DNA from: Minisyncoccota bacterium
GTDB lineage: Bacteria > Patescibacteriota > Minisyncoccia > Phycocordibacterales > JABAAK01
Direction: 5' to 3'
Length of the DNA: 64,000 bases
Assembly: GCA_958295675.1 (NCBI GenBank)
Contig: OY282360.1
Coordinates: forward strand, 466,026 to 530,025
Shown: positions 10,470 to 20,610 of the stretch, one piece after another
Position numbering within the stretch: the stretch's first letter is position 1
Layout of the letters: every line of letters begins with the position of its first letter
Notes under the pieces: model-generated
The model's input: the letters and a program-made list of their open reading frames with translations, nothing else
The model's database searches: none
What the model was told of the DNA's origin: nothing
Made by a program: the position numbers and the translations under genes

Positions 10470-12053
10470 TTATTCCGCTTTCAATGCTTTCCACTGCGCT
10501 TGTACAGATTGTACAACAGATTGTACATCCGCATCCTGCGCTAAGATGGCAAGAACTTCTGGCGATATGTTTCTGTTGAAGATAACCTCCAGTCGCACTG
10601 ACAAATTTGCGTCCTCTGCCAGTCGTGCAAGCACTTCTGGCGGTGTGCTGCCGTTGCGAGCAACTGCCAGTCGCACCCGCCACTCCGCATTCTCTGCCAG
10701 TTTGGCAAGGGTTTCTGGCGGTGTACTGCTGTGGCGAGCAACCTCTTGTTGAACATCTACATCCGCACCCTCTGCCAGTCGTGCAAGCACTTCTGGCGGT
10801 GTGCTGCCGTTGCGAGCAACTGCCGCTCGCATTCGCCAATCCTCATCCTCTGCCAGTCGTGCAAGTACTTCCGACGGTGTGCTGCCGTTGCGAGCAACCT
10901 CTTGTTGAACATCTACATCCGCACCCTCTGCCAGTTTGGCAAGGGTTTCTGGCGGTGTGCTGCCGTTGCTAGCAACCTCTTGTTGAACATCTACATCCGC
11001 ACCCTCTGCCAGTCGTGCAAGCACTTCTGGCGGTGTGCTGCCGTTGCTAGCAACTACCTTTCGCATTTGCCCATCCGCACCCTCCGCCATGATGGCGAGG
11101 GATGCCGGCGGCATGTCGGGATGCCGAGCAGCCACAAGCCGAACAGACGCATAAGCATCCTCTGCCAGGATGGCGAGGGATGCCGACGGCGTGTAGTTAT
11201 GCTGAGCAACCGCATACCGGATATCAGTATCTACATCCTCTGCCAGGATGGCGAGGGATGCCGACGGCGTGTAGTGATGCTGAGCAACCGCACGCCGAAC
11301 AAACGCATAAGCATCCTCTGCCAGGGCAGCGAGCCTTGTCGGCGGCATGTCGGGATGCCCAGCAGCCACAAGCCGAACAGACGCATCCAGATCCTCTGCC
11401 AGGGCAGCGAGCCTTGTCGGCGGCATGTCGGGATGCCGAGCAGCCACAAGCCGAACAGACGCATTCAGATCCTCTGCCAAGACGGCGAGGGATGCCGGCG
11501 GTGTGTTGTCATTGCCAGCAACCAATCGCCGAACAGACGAATCCGGATCCTCTGCCAGGACGGCGAACGATACCGGCGACGTGTCAGGATGCCGAGCAAC
11601 CCATGACCGAACAGACGCATCCGGATCCTCTGCCAGGATGGCGAGGGATGCCGGCGACGTGTTGGGATGCCGAGCAACCCATAACCGAACAAACCTATTT
11701 GCATCCTCTGCCAGGGCAGCGAGCCTTGTCGGCGGCGTGTCAGGATGCCGAGCAACCGCACGCCGAACACCCGCTTCCGGATCCTCTGCCAGGGCAGCGA
11801 GCGTTGTCGGCGGCGTCTCGGGATGCTGAGCAACCGCATACCGAACATCCGCATTTGCATCCTCTGCCAGGGCAGCGAGCGTTGTCGGCGGCATGTCGGG
11901 ATGCCGAGCAGCCACAAACCGAACAGACGCATCCGGATCCTCTGCCAAGATGGCGAGAGTTTTCGACGGCGCGTCTTCGGCATGCACCGACACCGAAATG
12001 CCCGACAGGGTGAGTACGAGTACACTCAAAAGCGTGCACAGTTTCAATTTCAT
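10470..12053 (-). CDS. Secreted LRV/HEAT-like repeat protein, 527 aa (~20 repeats)
   Basis: Signal peptide MKLKLCTLLSVLVLTLSGISVSVHAEDA, then iterated LA.LAED.D..VR..VA.H.DTPP repeats. Confidence 0.75.
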   Translation of the reverse strand: MKLKLCTLLSVLVLTLSGISVSVHAEDAPSKTLAILAEDPDASVRFVAARHPDMPPTTLAALAEDANADVRYAVAQHPETPPTTLAALAEDPEAGVRRAVARHPDTPPTRLAALAEDANRFVRLWVARHPNTSPASLAILAEDPDASVRSWVARHPDTSPVSFAVLAEDPDSSVRRLVAGNDNTPPASLAVLAEDLNASVRLVAARHPDMPPTRLAALAEDLDASVRLVAAGHPDMPPTRLAALAEDAYAFVRRAVAQHHYTPSASLAILAEDVDTDIRYAVAQHNYTPSASLAILAEDAYASVRLVAARHPDMPPASLAIMAEGADGQMRKVVASNGSTPPEVLARLAEGADVDVQQEVASNGSTPPETLAKLAEGADVDVQQEVARNGSTPSEVLARLAEDEDWRMRAAVARNGSTPPEVLARLAEGADVDVQQEVARHSSTPPETLAKLAENAEWRVRLAVARNGSTPPEVLARLAEDANLSVRLEVIFNRNISPEVLAILAQDADVQSVVQSVQAQWKALKAE

Positions 12054-12112
12054 GTGACCTCCTTCGGTCTCTGTGTGAAAGAACAGAAAGCAATCTGCTC
12101 CACCTAGTATAT

Positions 12113-12142
12113 AGTATACATGTGTTAGTATAATATGTCAAA
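12113..12142 (-). promoter_or_regulatory. Sigma70-like promoter for the LRV gene 10470..12053 (TTGACA-17-TATACT on the minus strand)
   Basis: The reverse complement reads ttgaca tattatactaacacatg tatact. The same block is duplicated at 12941-12970, and a similar one lies near 9095-9125. Confidence 0.5.
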
Positions 12143-12199
12143 TACCCCCTCCCAGAAATATCCTTGTTTTTTAGGGTATTTTGTTGTTTGGTGTATGAA

Positions 12200-12246
12200 G
12201 TAAAAAAGAATAAAAAATATCCCACCAGCGTTTCCACTGGTGGGAT
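12200..12246 (-). terminator. Rho-independent terminator (cccaccagcgtttccactggtggg), copy 4
   Basis: Identical hairpin. Downstream of the LRV gene 12281..12880. Confidence 0.6.
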
Positions 12247-12280
12247 GGGTTGAGGAAGACTCCTGCAACCAACTAGTTAC

Positions 12281-12880
12281 TCAGAGTGAATCAAGCCACG
12301 CTTGTACATCTTGTACACCCGCATCCTCTGCCAGGGTAGCGAGTATTGCCAGCGGTGTGTTGGGATTGCGACTAACCACATACCGAACATACGCCTTTGC
12401 ATCCTCTGCCAGGGTAGCGAGTATTGCCGGCGGTGTGTTGGGATTAAGAGCAACCCCGTGCCGGGCACCCATATCCGCATCCTCTGCCAGGGTAGCGAGT
12501 ATTGCCGGCGGTGTGTTGGGATTACGACCAACCCTAAACCGAACATACCCATCCGCATCCTCTGCCAGTCGTGCAAGTGCTTCCGACGGTGTCATGCTGT
12601 TGCCAGCAACTGCCTCTCGCACTCTCCAAACTACATCCTCTGCCAGGGTAGCGAGAATTGCCGGCGGTGTGCGCGACGAAGAAGCAACCCTATACCGAAC
12701 CTCCCACTCCGCATCCTCTGCCATGACGGCGAGGGATGTCGGCGATATCGGTGCAGTGATGCGAGCAGCACTGGGGAGAGGTTCCAGTATTGCAATCCGC
12801 GACGCGTCTTCGGCATGCACCGAAACCGAAATGCCCGACAGGGTGAGTACGAGTACACTCAAAAGCGTGAATAGTTTCAT
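12281..12880 (-). CDS. Secreted LRV/HEAT-like repeat protein (199 aa)
   Basis: True start at ATG 12880 (MKLFTLLSVLVLTLSGISVSVHAEDA). The signal peptide is nearly identical to that of the 10470..12053 gene, and LRV repeats follow. Confidence 0.7.
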   Translation of the reverse strand: MKLFTLLSVLVLTLSGISVSVHAEDASRIAILEPLPSAARITAPISPTSLAVMAEDAEWEVRYRVASSSRTPPAILATLAEDVVWRVREAVAGNSMTPSEALARLAEDADGYVRFRVGRNPNTPPAILATLAEDADMGARHGVALNPNTPPAILATLAEDAKAYVRYVVSRNPNTPLAILATLAEDAGVQDVQAWLDSL

Positions 12881-12940
12881 TATGACCTCCTTTGGTCTCT
12901 GTGTGAAAGAACAGAAAGCAATCTGCTCCACCTAGTATAT

Positions 12941-12970
12941 AGTATACATGTGTTAGTATAATATGTCAAA
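12941..12970 (-). promoter_or_regulatory. Duplicated sigma70-like promoter (TTGACA-17-TATACT) for the LRV gene 12281..12880
   Basis: Sequence 12893-12990 is near-identical to 12063-12150. Confidence 0.5.
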
Positions 12971-13020
12971 TACCCCCCCCCGAGATATCCTTGTTTTTCA
13001 AGGTATTTTAACACAAAGGA

Positions 13021-14025
13021 CTATTTATTCAGCAATAAACACTCTAACGGTAATACTTTTATGGATGATCGTGGAATAGCATACGATGCTTCCAGAAGGT
13101 CTGTAAGCATGGTGAGTGTCAGACCTTCTTTTTTTGATAATGTATCAATAAACTGTCTGTCGTCTTCAGTATATTCCTCAACAATATCAGTTACCTGTTC
13201 ACGCAACAGAAGTGCGGCGCGCAGTTTCCGTATACATAATTTAGCGAAGAGCGGGATATTCGCATTTGTTTGTGACGCGGTAGAAAGAGCAGCAACACCG
13301 GCAGCGATATCATGATCCGCAAGTGCCGCAAGATACTCATTTATCAACCGATGTTTAGGTGCGCCGAGCACTTCTTCTGCAAGTTGATGATCCACGGTCT
13401 TGCCGTCGGCAACAAACAGGATTTTTTGAAGCAATGTGAGTGTGTCACGGAATGATCCTTCTGCCATTAATGCGACAAGGGCGGCGGATTGTTTGGTGAT
13501 CACAAATCCTTCTTTCTTCGCCGCCTCAATGGCTGTATTCTGCAGAACGGCAAGCGACGGCTGCTGAAATTGCAGCGATACACAACGGGAAACAACAGTT
13601 TCCGGTACCTTTTCCGCTTCAGTGGTGACAAGTATAAAAATAACATGCGCGGGCGGTTCTTCCAATGTTTTAAGAAATGCATTGAAAGCTGACTTTGAAA
13701 GCATATGCACTTCATCAAGAATATACACTTTGTACTCCGACTCAACCGGCTGTGTGTACACTGACGCGGTGATATCCCTGATATGCTCAACACTGGTGTG
13801 AGATGCCGCATCAATTTCAAACACATCTATATCCTTACACTGCATTGTCTTTGCGAAAATGCGCGCAATGCTGGTCTTACCGATACCGCGCGGACCGGTA
13901 AACAGGTAGGCATGAGCGGGAGCACCCTGCTTCGCCGCCTTTTCAAGAACGGAAACAACTTGCGGCTGTTCAATAACATCCTCAAATAATTGCGGTCTGT
14001 GTTTTTGGTACAACGCTCGATCCAT
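13021..14025 (-). CDS. dnaX: DNA polymerase III clamp-loader subunit gamma/tau (short form, 334 aa)
   Basis: Walker A GPRGIGKTSIARIFAK. KVYILDEVHMLSKSAFNAFLKTLEEPPAHVIFILVTT is almost identical to the canonical DnaX box. Confidence 0.88.
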   Translation of the reverse strand: MDRALYQKHRPQLFEDVIEQPQVVSVLEKAAKQGAPAHAYLFTGPRGIGKTSIARIFAKTMQCKDIDVFEIDAASHTSVEHIRDITASVYTQPVESEYKVYILDEVHMLSKSAFNAFLKTLEEPPAHVIFILVTTEAEKVPETVVSRCVSLQFQQPSLAVLQNTAIEAAKKEGFVITKQSAALVALMAEGSFRDTLTLLQKILFVADGKTVDHQLAEEVLGAPKHRLINEYLAALADHDIAAGVAALSTASQTNANIPLFAKLCIRKLRAALLLREQVTDIVEEYTEDDRQFIDTLSKKEGLTLTMLTDLLEASYAIPRSSIKVLPLECLLLNK

Positions 14026-14062
14026 ACATCTACATACTACACTACCGTTGCATAGCCGATAT

Positions 14063-15049
14063 TCACCTGTTTGGCATCTGCTGTGGCATACAAGTAATAA
14101 AGTGTTTCACACGCCGTTCAACATCATTAGCGCATTCGGCATGTTCCATGAGATCTGTCCGTAGTTCTTTTGCGCCGTCAAACCCATTCACATATGCCTT
14201 GTAATGTTTCTTCATAATGGAAAAACGCTTTACAGATAGATTTTCCTCAAAAAGTCGGGTATGTTCAATAAGCGCAAACAATTTTTTCTTCACTGTGATC
14301 GATTCCGGTACATCTCCGCTGAAAAACCAAGGATTACCGAAAATGCCGCGCCCTATCATTACACCGTCACATCCGGTCTCTGACACACGCAACCGCGCCT
14401 CAGACATACTTACCACATCACCATTGCCGATAATTAAAGTGCCGGGAGCAATAGCATCGCGCAGTGTGACGATGTGCCTCATACGCTCCCAGTGCGCCGG
14501 CACTTTGGACATTTCTTTCCGGCTCCGCAAATGTACGGTAAGCGCGGCGATACCGGTTCGCAGTAATGTGGGTATCCATGTATCTATCTCATCTACGGCA
14601 TATCCGATTCTCGTCTTCACCGATACTGGCAACCCGGTTTGTTTCGCCGCTGTTATGACTTCAACAGCAGTTTTCGGGGATGTAATCAATGCGGCACCGC
14701 TTCCCTGTTTCTCAACGCTTCGGTCAGGACATCCCATATTGATATCAAGCCCGTCAAATCCGAGGGTTTGAACATGCTTCCCTGCTGTGTACATATTTTC
14801 AGGATTTGAAGTGAATAGTTGCGCGACAATCGGTCGCTGATTCTCCTCAAAAAGCAAATCAACATACAGTGATTCGCGTCCGGGAGAACACAGACCGTCA
14901 GCGGAGACAAACTCGGTCCAGAATATATCCGGCTTACCGTATCGGGCAAACATGGAACGAAAGGCGACATCAGTCACATCCGCCATCGGTGCAATTGCAA
15001 AAAATGGACGGAGGAGTGTGTCCCAGAAAGACGAAGATAATGTGTTCAT
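14063..15049 (-). CDS. tRNA-dihydrouridine synthase (Dus family)
   Basis: TIM-barrel Dus motifs (APMADVTDVAFR, DINMGCP, VSVKTRIG). The start is placed at the internal Met MNTLSS. Confidence 0.82.
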   Translation of the reverse strand: MNTLSSSFWDTLLRPFFAIAPMADVTDVAFRSMFARYGKPDIFWTEFVSADGLCSPGRESLYVDLLFEENQRPIVAQLFTSNPENMYTAGKHVQTLGFDGLDINMGCPDRSVEKQGSGAALITSPKTAVEVITAAKQTGLPVSVKTRIGYAVDEIDTWIPTLLRTGIAALTVHLRSRKEMSKVPAHWERMRHIVTLRDAIAPGTLIIGNGDVVSMSEARLRVSETGCDGVMIGRGIFGNPWFFSGDVPESITVKKKLFALIEHTRLFEENLSVKRFSIMKKHYKAYVNGFDGAKELRTDLMEHAECANDVERRVKHFITCMPQQMPNR

Positions 15050-15882
15050 AGTCCGGTGCCGCCATTCCGTTCCCGACATCCCCATTGCAGCGGTTCACGA
15101 CTCGTCCAATACACCTGCAACGGATCACAAATAGCAATGGATGCGATTTCAGACCGGCTGTCTGAATCGGGAAAAATCTCAACAAGAGTCGCATGCAGTG
15201 CCCGCATAATATCGTAGGGATTTTCTGACATATCAATCCACACACTAACACCGCCGGTTGACTGTATATGCGCATCGTATCCTCCTTTTCGTACCGCGAT
15301 ATATTCAATGAACAAACCTCTCTCCTCTAAAAATTGCAGCACTTCGTGTATTTTATAGAAATGTTCCTCATTCTCACCAGTCGGCATGAACAAATAATCA
15401 CCGACAGCGACCTCACCGGAAATTTTTAATTCACGACCGGTTCGCACAGCGTCAGTTTCACCGAATATAAAACCGTCTGTATCCACAAGCAAACAGCGGG
15501 ACAACGCGCAGTAGGTACCGAAAATTTCCCTGTTAGTCGCTGTTATATGCCATGTATTAAAAAATTTATTCTCTATTTCAACATGATCAAGATGAAGAAA
15601 TTCCTGACGAATCATATCAACAACTTTTCCTCGCTGAAAATAGTACCGTACTGATCCGGGAACAATAAGCCAGGAATCATCCAGCAAATCTTCAATATAC
15701 CGGACAACATCCTCCTGAAGCATCTCCGTTATATCGGACTCCGGATTGATATGAACCGAACGAACGGAAACAAGTGGTAAATGAAGCACAGCAAATAAAA
15801 GCAGTACGCACACACAAAAGATTAAACAAAAACGGCTCATAATGAATAGCAGTCGCCGGCTGGAACGCCGTGCAAACCACAT
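15046..15882 (-). CDS. Membrane-anchored hypothetical protein (possibly an FtsQ/DivIB-like POTRA protein)
   Basis: N-terminal TM helix (LLFIMSRFCLIFCVCVLLLFAV) followed by an alpha/beta domain. No firm motif was found. The start is uncertain because the ORF overlaps the neighbouring genes. Confidence 0.35.
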   Translation of the reverse strand: MWFARRSSRRLLFIMSRFCLIFCVCVLLLFAVLHLPLVSVRSVHINPESDITEMLQEDVVRYIEDLLDDSWLIVPGSVRYYFQRGKVVDMIRQEFLHLDHVEIENKFFNTWHITATNREIFGTYCALSRCLLVDTDGFIFGETDAVRTGRELKISGEVAVGDYLFMPTGENEEHFYKIHEVLQFLEERGLFIEYIAVRKGGYDAHIQSTGGVSVWIDMSENPYDIMRALHATLVEIFPDSDSRSEIASIAICDPLQVYWTSREPLQWGCRERNGGTGL

Positions 15883-15929
15883 TTGCACCTTTGTTTTCAA
15901 TCTTCTTCTTCTCATAATATTTTTTTCCG

Positions 15930-17207
15930 CTATATCTCCCGTTTTCCGCCCATATATGACCAAAGTACTTCGGGCACGGCTATAGTGCCGTCCTCCTGCT
16001 GTCCGTTTTCAAGAAGGGCAATGAGTATGCGCCCCAACGCGAAAACAGTCGCATCATTCATATGCGCGAATTCTTTCTCACCTGAATTCCGTTTTACTTT
16101 GATCCCGAGCCGGCGGGATTGGTATTCACCGATTAAATCCGCGGAATGTGTTTCCCGATACAGATCCTGTCCGGGCATCCATGTTTCAATATCTATCTGC
16201 CGCACATCGGGCAGACCCATGTCGCCGGTACAGACAATAACCACCTGATACGGTAAACCGAGCTGCTGCATGAGATACTCCTGCACCGCCACCAAAAAAT
16301 CCTGCTCCTCTTTTGACTTCTCACCAACTGTGAATGATTCAAATTCAAGTTTATCAAACTGATGCAGGCGAAGAATACCCTTGGTATCCCTGCCATAAGA
16401 ACCGGCTTCCCGTCGGAATGCGGTGGAATAGCCGATATACCGCTTCGGCAATTCGTTTTCCTCAAACATCTCATCCGCATGCATAGCTCCGAGCGCATGC
16501 TCGGCACTGCCGGTCAGAAACAAATCATCTTCAGAAATAAAATATTTATCCTCACGCGGTTCAAGCCGCGCCATGCCGAAAAACATTTTCGGAGTGATCA
16601 TCATCGGTGGCACTACCGGCACAAACGGAACAGAGGGTACGGTCAGATTGTTGTGCGTAATAATCTCATTAAGAACCCGCTCATCCGTTACGACATCAAA
16701 TACCCATTGGATAAGCGCGAACTGCAGCCGCACCGCATCGTTCTTCAGAAAGGTAAACCGAGCACCGGCAACTTTTGCGGCTCGTTCGTTGTCTATAAAA
16801 TCCCGTTCTTTACCGATATCCCAGTGCGCCTTCGGCTGAAAATTAAAAGATGGCTTCTCACCCCATCGGCGCAGCACTGCATTGCCGCTCTCATCTTTGC
16901 CGATTGGCGTGTCCGGAGACGGCACATTTGGAATCAACGCGATCATATCCGTCAAATCCTTAGTGACGGAGCGAAGTGTTTCCTCAGCATCGGCAAGCTG
17001 TTGTTTCAACGCGCCTCCTCTTTCCGCATCCCGCGCATCAGCGGCTGCTTTTCGCTCCTGATTTATACTGCCAATCCTCCGGACCAATTCAGTCCGCTGG
17101 TTATATAGTGCTTCAAGACGATCAAAATCAACCGGATCTTTGTTCTTATTCTCAATCGCCTGCCGAACAATATCCTTATTTTCCAATATAAATGCGATGT
17201 CCAACAT
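15930..17207 (-). CDS. serS: Seryl-tRNA synthetase
   Basis: N-terminal coiled-coil tRNA-binding arm and class II motifs (FRREAGSYGRDTKGILRLHQFDKLE, GLPYQVVIVCTGDMG). Confidence 0.9.
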   Translation of the reverse strand: MLDIAFILENKDIVRQAIENKNKDPVDFDRLEALYNQRTELVRRIGSINQERKAAADARDAERGGALKQQLADAEETLRSVTKDLTDMIALIPNVPSPDTPIGKDESGNAVLRRWGEKPSFNFQPKAHWDIGKERDFIDNERAAKVAGARFTFLKNDAVRLQFALIQWVFDVVTDERVLNEIITHNNLTVPSVPFVPVVPPMMITPKMFFGMARLEPREDKYFISEDDLFLTGSAEHALGAMHADEMFEENELPKRYIGYSTAFRREAGSYGRDTKGILRLHQFDKLEFESFTVGEKSKEEQDFLVAVQEYLMQQLGLPYQVVIVCTGDMGLPDVRQIDIETWMPGQDLYRETHSADLIGEYQSRRLGIKVKRNSGEKEFAHMNDATVFALGRILIALLENGQQEDGTIAVPEVLWSYMGGKREI

Positions 17208-17265
17208 ATCAGTGAGTATACCACATCACCGCCATAGAACTATCCGCCGTTTTACTTTTTCAATG

Positions 17266-19293
17266 CTATTTTTCCAGATTTTCAAGGTATCTGATCTCAT
17301 CGCGTATAATTGCCGCGGTTTCAAAATCAAGTTCAGCAACGGCATCCGCCATCTTTCGCTCTTTTTCCCGTATTGTTTTCTTCGGTGCCTTTTTATACTG
17401 CTCAACATCAAAGACCGCAAGCGATGATACTGTTTTCTTTCTTTTTTCCTCAAGGTCTTCAGTAATGTCTTTGATATTTTTCTGTATTGTCTTCGGTGTG
17501 ATATGATGCTTTTTATTATGCGCAATCTGCAAGACACGCCGGCGATTGGTCTCATCAATAGCCCGTCTCAATGAACCGGTCACGGTGTCGGCATATAAAA
17601 TGACGCGACCTTCGGCATTTCTCGCGGCACGACCGATAGTTTGAATAAGCGAGGTTTCCGACCGGAGAAAACCCTCTTTGTCCGCGTCAAGAATAGCGAC
17701 TAATGTCACCTCCGGCAGGTCCAGCCCTTCGCGCAGCAGATTCACACCGACAAGCACATCAAACACTCCCTTGCGAAACTGCGTGAGAATTTCAATCCGT
17801 TCAATCGTTTTAACATCGCTATGGACATAATTTGCCTCTATACCCGCCTCTTCAAGATATGAGACAAGATCTTCGGCGGTCTTTTTGGTGAGTGTGGTGA
17901 CCATCACCCTGTTTTTCTTCACAATTTCTTTCTTTGCTTCAACGATAAAATCACGAACTTGCCCTTCATAAGTATTACTTCCGGTCACCGCGTGCACCGC
18001 GATTTCCGGATCCACCAGTCCGGTCGGACGAATAATTTGTTCAACAATATGGTTACCGCTGTGCCGTTTCTCATATTCATCAGGCGTCGCTGAAGTATAC
18101 ACTACCTGCCCGACTTGCTCTTCAAACTCCTCAAAGGTCAACGGACGGTTATCTCTCGCCGACGGCAAACGAAAACCATGCTCAACCAGTGTGTTTTTCC
18201 TTGAACGGTCTCCAGCGTACATACCGGATATCTGCGGCACAGTCACATGTGATTCATCTATAACAGTAAGGAAATCAGGTGTACCGTCAGCACTGTGCGG
18301 AAAGTACGACAAAAGCGTATGCGGCGGATCACCCTCACTTCGTCTGTCAAAATGCCGGGAATAGTTCTCAATACCGTTGCAGTATCCTATCTCCTCTATA
18401 AGTGACAGGTCCTGCAATGTTCGGCGGCGCAGGCGCTCCCGTTCTAATACCTTACCCTGCCGATCCAGCAAAGCAAGTTGTTCCTCTAATTCTGCCCGTA
18501 TGGACACGGTAGCATGGCGTTTATCATCTTCACCGGAAACAAAATGTTTTGCCGGAAAAAGAAAGAACACATCAACTGATTCTTCTTCTATCGCCCGTGT
18601 CAGCGCGTTAATACGCGTGATATGTTTCACCGTGTCATCCGAAAACGAAAGGCGATATATCACCTCTTCGTTAACGGGCATAATCTCAACCGCACCCGCG
18701 ATAACACGAACGGTGCCGGGTTGCAACTCTCCTGTCGTCCGCTCAAAATACAACTCAACCGCCTTTCGCACAAGCATCTCACGAGTGAATCGTGCACCCT
18801 GTTCAATACGGACATGCACTTTCTCATACTCTTCAGGACTGCCGAGACCGTATATACAGGAAACCGAAGCGACAACGATCACATCATTTCTGGTCAGCAG
18901 TGCCTGCGTCGCCGCATGCCGCAAACGGTCAATCTCTCTGTTCACCAATGCTTCCTTCGCTATGTAGGTATCAGAACCGGGCACATACGCTTCCGGCTGA
19001 TAATAATCATAGTAAGAAACAAAGTAATGTACCGGACTGTCCGGAAAAAACTCGCGATACTCCTGTGCTAACTGCGCCGCGAGGGTTTTGTTATGTGCAA
19101 TAACCAATGTCGGCTTACCCAATTTTGCTATGACATTAGCCATTGTAAATGTCTTTCCGGAACCGGTCACACCCATAAGTGTCTGATGCTGTGCACCTGA
19201 GGAAAGACCGTCAAGAAGCGATTGTATTGCCTTCGGCTGATCCCCCGCCGGCTGTTTTTCATCAGAAAGAACAAAAGAATTATTGAACTTCAT
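17266..19293 (-). CDS. uvrB: Excinuclease ABC subunit B
   Basis: PAGDQPKAIQSLLDGL, GVTGSGKTFTMANVIAK, a helicase C-terminal region and a UVR domain at the C-terminus. The start is set at the internal Met MKFNNSF. Confidence 0.95.
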   Translation of the reverse strand: MKFNNSFVLSDEKQPAGDQPKAIQSLLDGLSSGAQHQTLMGVTGSGKTFTMANVIAKLGKPTLVIAHNKTLAAQLAQEYREFFPDSPVHYFVSYYDYYQPEAYVPGSDTYIAKEALVNREIDRLRHAATQALLTRNDVIVVASVSCIYGLGSPEEYEKVHVRIEQGARFTREMLVRKAVELYFERTTGELQPGTVRVIAGAVEIMPVNEEVIYRLSFSDDTVKHITRINALTRAIEEESVDVFFLFPAKHFVSGEDDKRHATVSIRAELEEQLALLDRQGKVLERERLRRRTLQDLSLIEEIGYCNGIENYSRHFDRRSEGDPPHTLLSYFPHSADGTPDFLTVIDESHVTVPQISGMYAGDRSRKNTLVEHGFRLPSARDNRPLTFEEFEEQVGQVVYTSATPDEYEKRHSGNHIVEQIIRPTGLVDPEIAVHAVTGSNTYEGQVRDFIVEAKKEIVKKNRVMVTTLTKKTAEDLVSYLEEAGIEANYVHSDVKTIERIEILTQFRKGVFDVLVGVNLLREGLDLPEVTLVAILDADKEGFLRSETSLIQTIGRAARNAEGRVILYADTVTGSLRRAIDETNRRRVLQIAHNKKHHITPKTIQKNIKDITEDLEEKRKKTVSSLAVFDVEQYKKAPKKTIREKERKMADAVAELDFETAAIIRDEIRYLENLEK

Positions 19294-19879
19294 ACAGTTC
19301 AATGACAAACTGCAGTGTCGTGTTCGGTGGAATACTCCCAACCTGACGATCACCGTATCCCGCTTCCGGCTGTATCACCACAATACGCACACCGCCTTCA
19401 CGCATACCTTCCACACCGCTGTCAAAACCGGGAATAACTTGTCCGCTTCCGAGTGTGAAAATAAACCCGCTCTCCGGATCTATATTTTTATCAAATTCAA
19501 TTTCCTGCCCCGTCTCTGTATCAACAAATGTACCGACATAACCAACCCGAACCGTCCCGCCGTTTGATGCCTTCAAACCGTTCCCTTCTTTCAAATCAGC
19601 GACGAGTACATTGCCATCAAGCCGGTTCTCAGCCTGAATCTGCTGCGACTGAACATCAGTATCCTCCAGCGCACTGAGCTGCTTTGCGCGTTCAGATACA
19701 ACAAGACCGCTATTAGAAGAAAGTGTATCTTGTGTGTTAATAACATTATTCGCGAACAAATCAGACACGAATATCTTGGGAAGAGGGAAAAATATCCCGC
19801 CAAAAATAATAATAAAAAAAACAACCGCCACACTAACACCAATGTATGTGTGTAATGTTTTTGTATCCATATACTGCAC
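19280..19879 (-). CDS. FKBP-type peptidyl-prolyl cis-trans isomerase with N-terminal membrane anchor
   Basis: FKBP core VRVGYVGTF...FIFTLGSGQVIPGFDSGVEGMREGGVRIVVIQPEAGYG. Confidence 0.85.
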   Translation of the reverse strand: MQYMDTKTLHTYIGVSVAVVFFIIIFGGIFFPLPKIFVSDLFANNVINTQDTLSSNSGLVVSERAKQLSALEDTDVQSQQIQAENRLDGNVLVADLKEGNGLKASNGGTVRVGYVGTFVDTETGQEIEFDKNIDPESGFIFTLGSGQVIPGFDSGVEGMREGGVRIVVIQPEAGYGDRQVGSIPPNTTLQFVIELYEVQ

Positions 19880-20001
19880 AGCATACCATATTCAAAAACA
19901 CTATGTGGAATACTCACTTTGTTCCTGTCTGAACAGTGTGTGCAACACGATATAAAAAAGAAACGCGCTGTCCTTGCAGGACAACGCGTTGAACAATAAC
20001 C

Positions 20002-20547
20002 CTAGTCACCTTCGTTCCTGATCAGCCATTCCAAAGCCCGCACTTTCTTATCATTCGCAACATCGCTTACTCTCCGAACAGCGCGGGTTGGCTTACCGGC
20101 TTTCGGATGCTCGGATGCTAACCTACGAACATATCTGCTCGGATCCGCGGCGAGTATGGCAACTATATGACCGGGAATATTCGGATTCCGGGCAAGTGCC
20201 GCCCGAACTCTTTTCTCCTCATCCGGCGACACAAGAATGCCGTAGAGATGCGGACTGAGATCCGAACGCTTGGCAAGTTCTTCGCGCACCCAACCACTCC
20301 GGTCCTCAACCAAAATGGATGACACCCGAAGAGGTAGGTTACACGGATACCGTGCGACCATAAGACGAACATCTTTATGCCTACTGGTCGCCAATCTTCC
20401 GAGTGTCCGGACGGAGGCGTTACATCCCGATTCTGCAAGAATCCTCTCCGCATCCACGGGCGATGTGTTCCTGGAAACTGTAGCCGCGGAAACAGGCGAC
20501 GCGGAAGTCAGTGCTGCCAAGAATACTGCAATCAAAAGATGCTTCAT
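20002..20547 (-). CDS. Secreted LRV/HEAT-like repeat protein (181 aa)
   Basis: Signal peptide MKHLLIAVFLAALTSASPVSAA. It has repeats of the ..D....VR..LA..P..P type. Confidence 0.55.
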   Translation of the reverse strand: MKHLLIAVFLAALTSASPVSAATVSRNTSPVDAERILAESGCNASVRTLGRLATSRHKDVRLMVARYPCNLPLRVSSILVEDRSGWVREELAKRSDLSPHLYGILVSPDEEKRVRAALARNPNIPGHIVAILAADPSRYVRRLASEHPKAGKPTRAVRRVSDVANDKKVRALEWLIRNEGD

Positions 20548-20610
20548 GTGCTCCTCCTGTATGAATGAGCGGTGATAGCTCGGTATGGGCTATCCAGTAG
20601 TATGTATATA

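Noticed and set aside
10231-10839. N-terminal 203 aa of ORF 9241..10839 (Cys-rich MANASGSCSQRQ...)
   Set aside because: It reads through the terminator/promoter intergenic region and the 3' end of the next gene in a different frame. The real start is ATG 10230 (MKADTL...).
9266-12874. Long plus-strand ORFs (9266..10273, 10731..11606, 11102..12013, 12302..12874 and others) antisense to the LRV genes
   Set aside because: They are GC-rich, repeat-driven open frames encoding Cys/Arg-rich low-complexity strings. The minus-strand frames have signal peptides and the canonical LRV repeat.
17226-17558. 110-aa ORF overlapping the uvrB 3' end, and similar short ORFs inside rpoB, rpoC, uvrA and thrS
   Set aside because: They are embedded in or antisense to well-supported conserved genes and have no independent signals.
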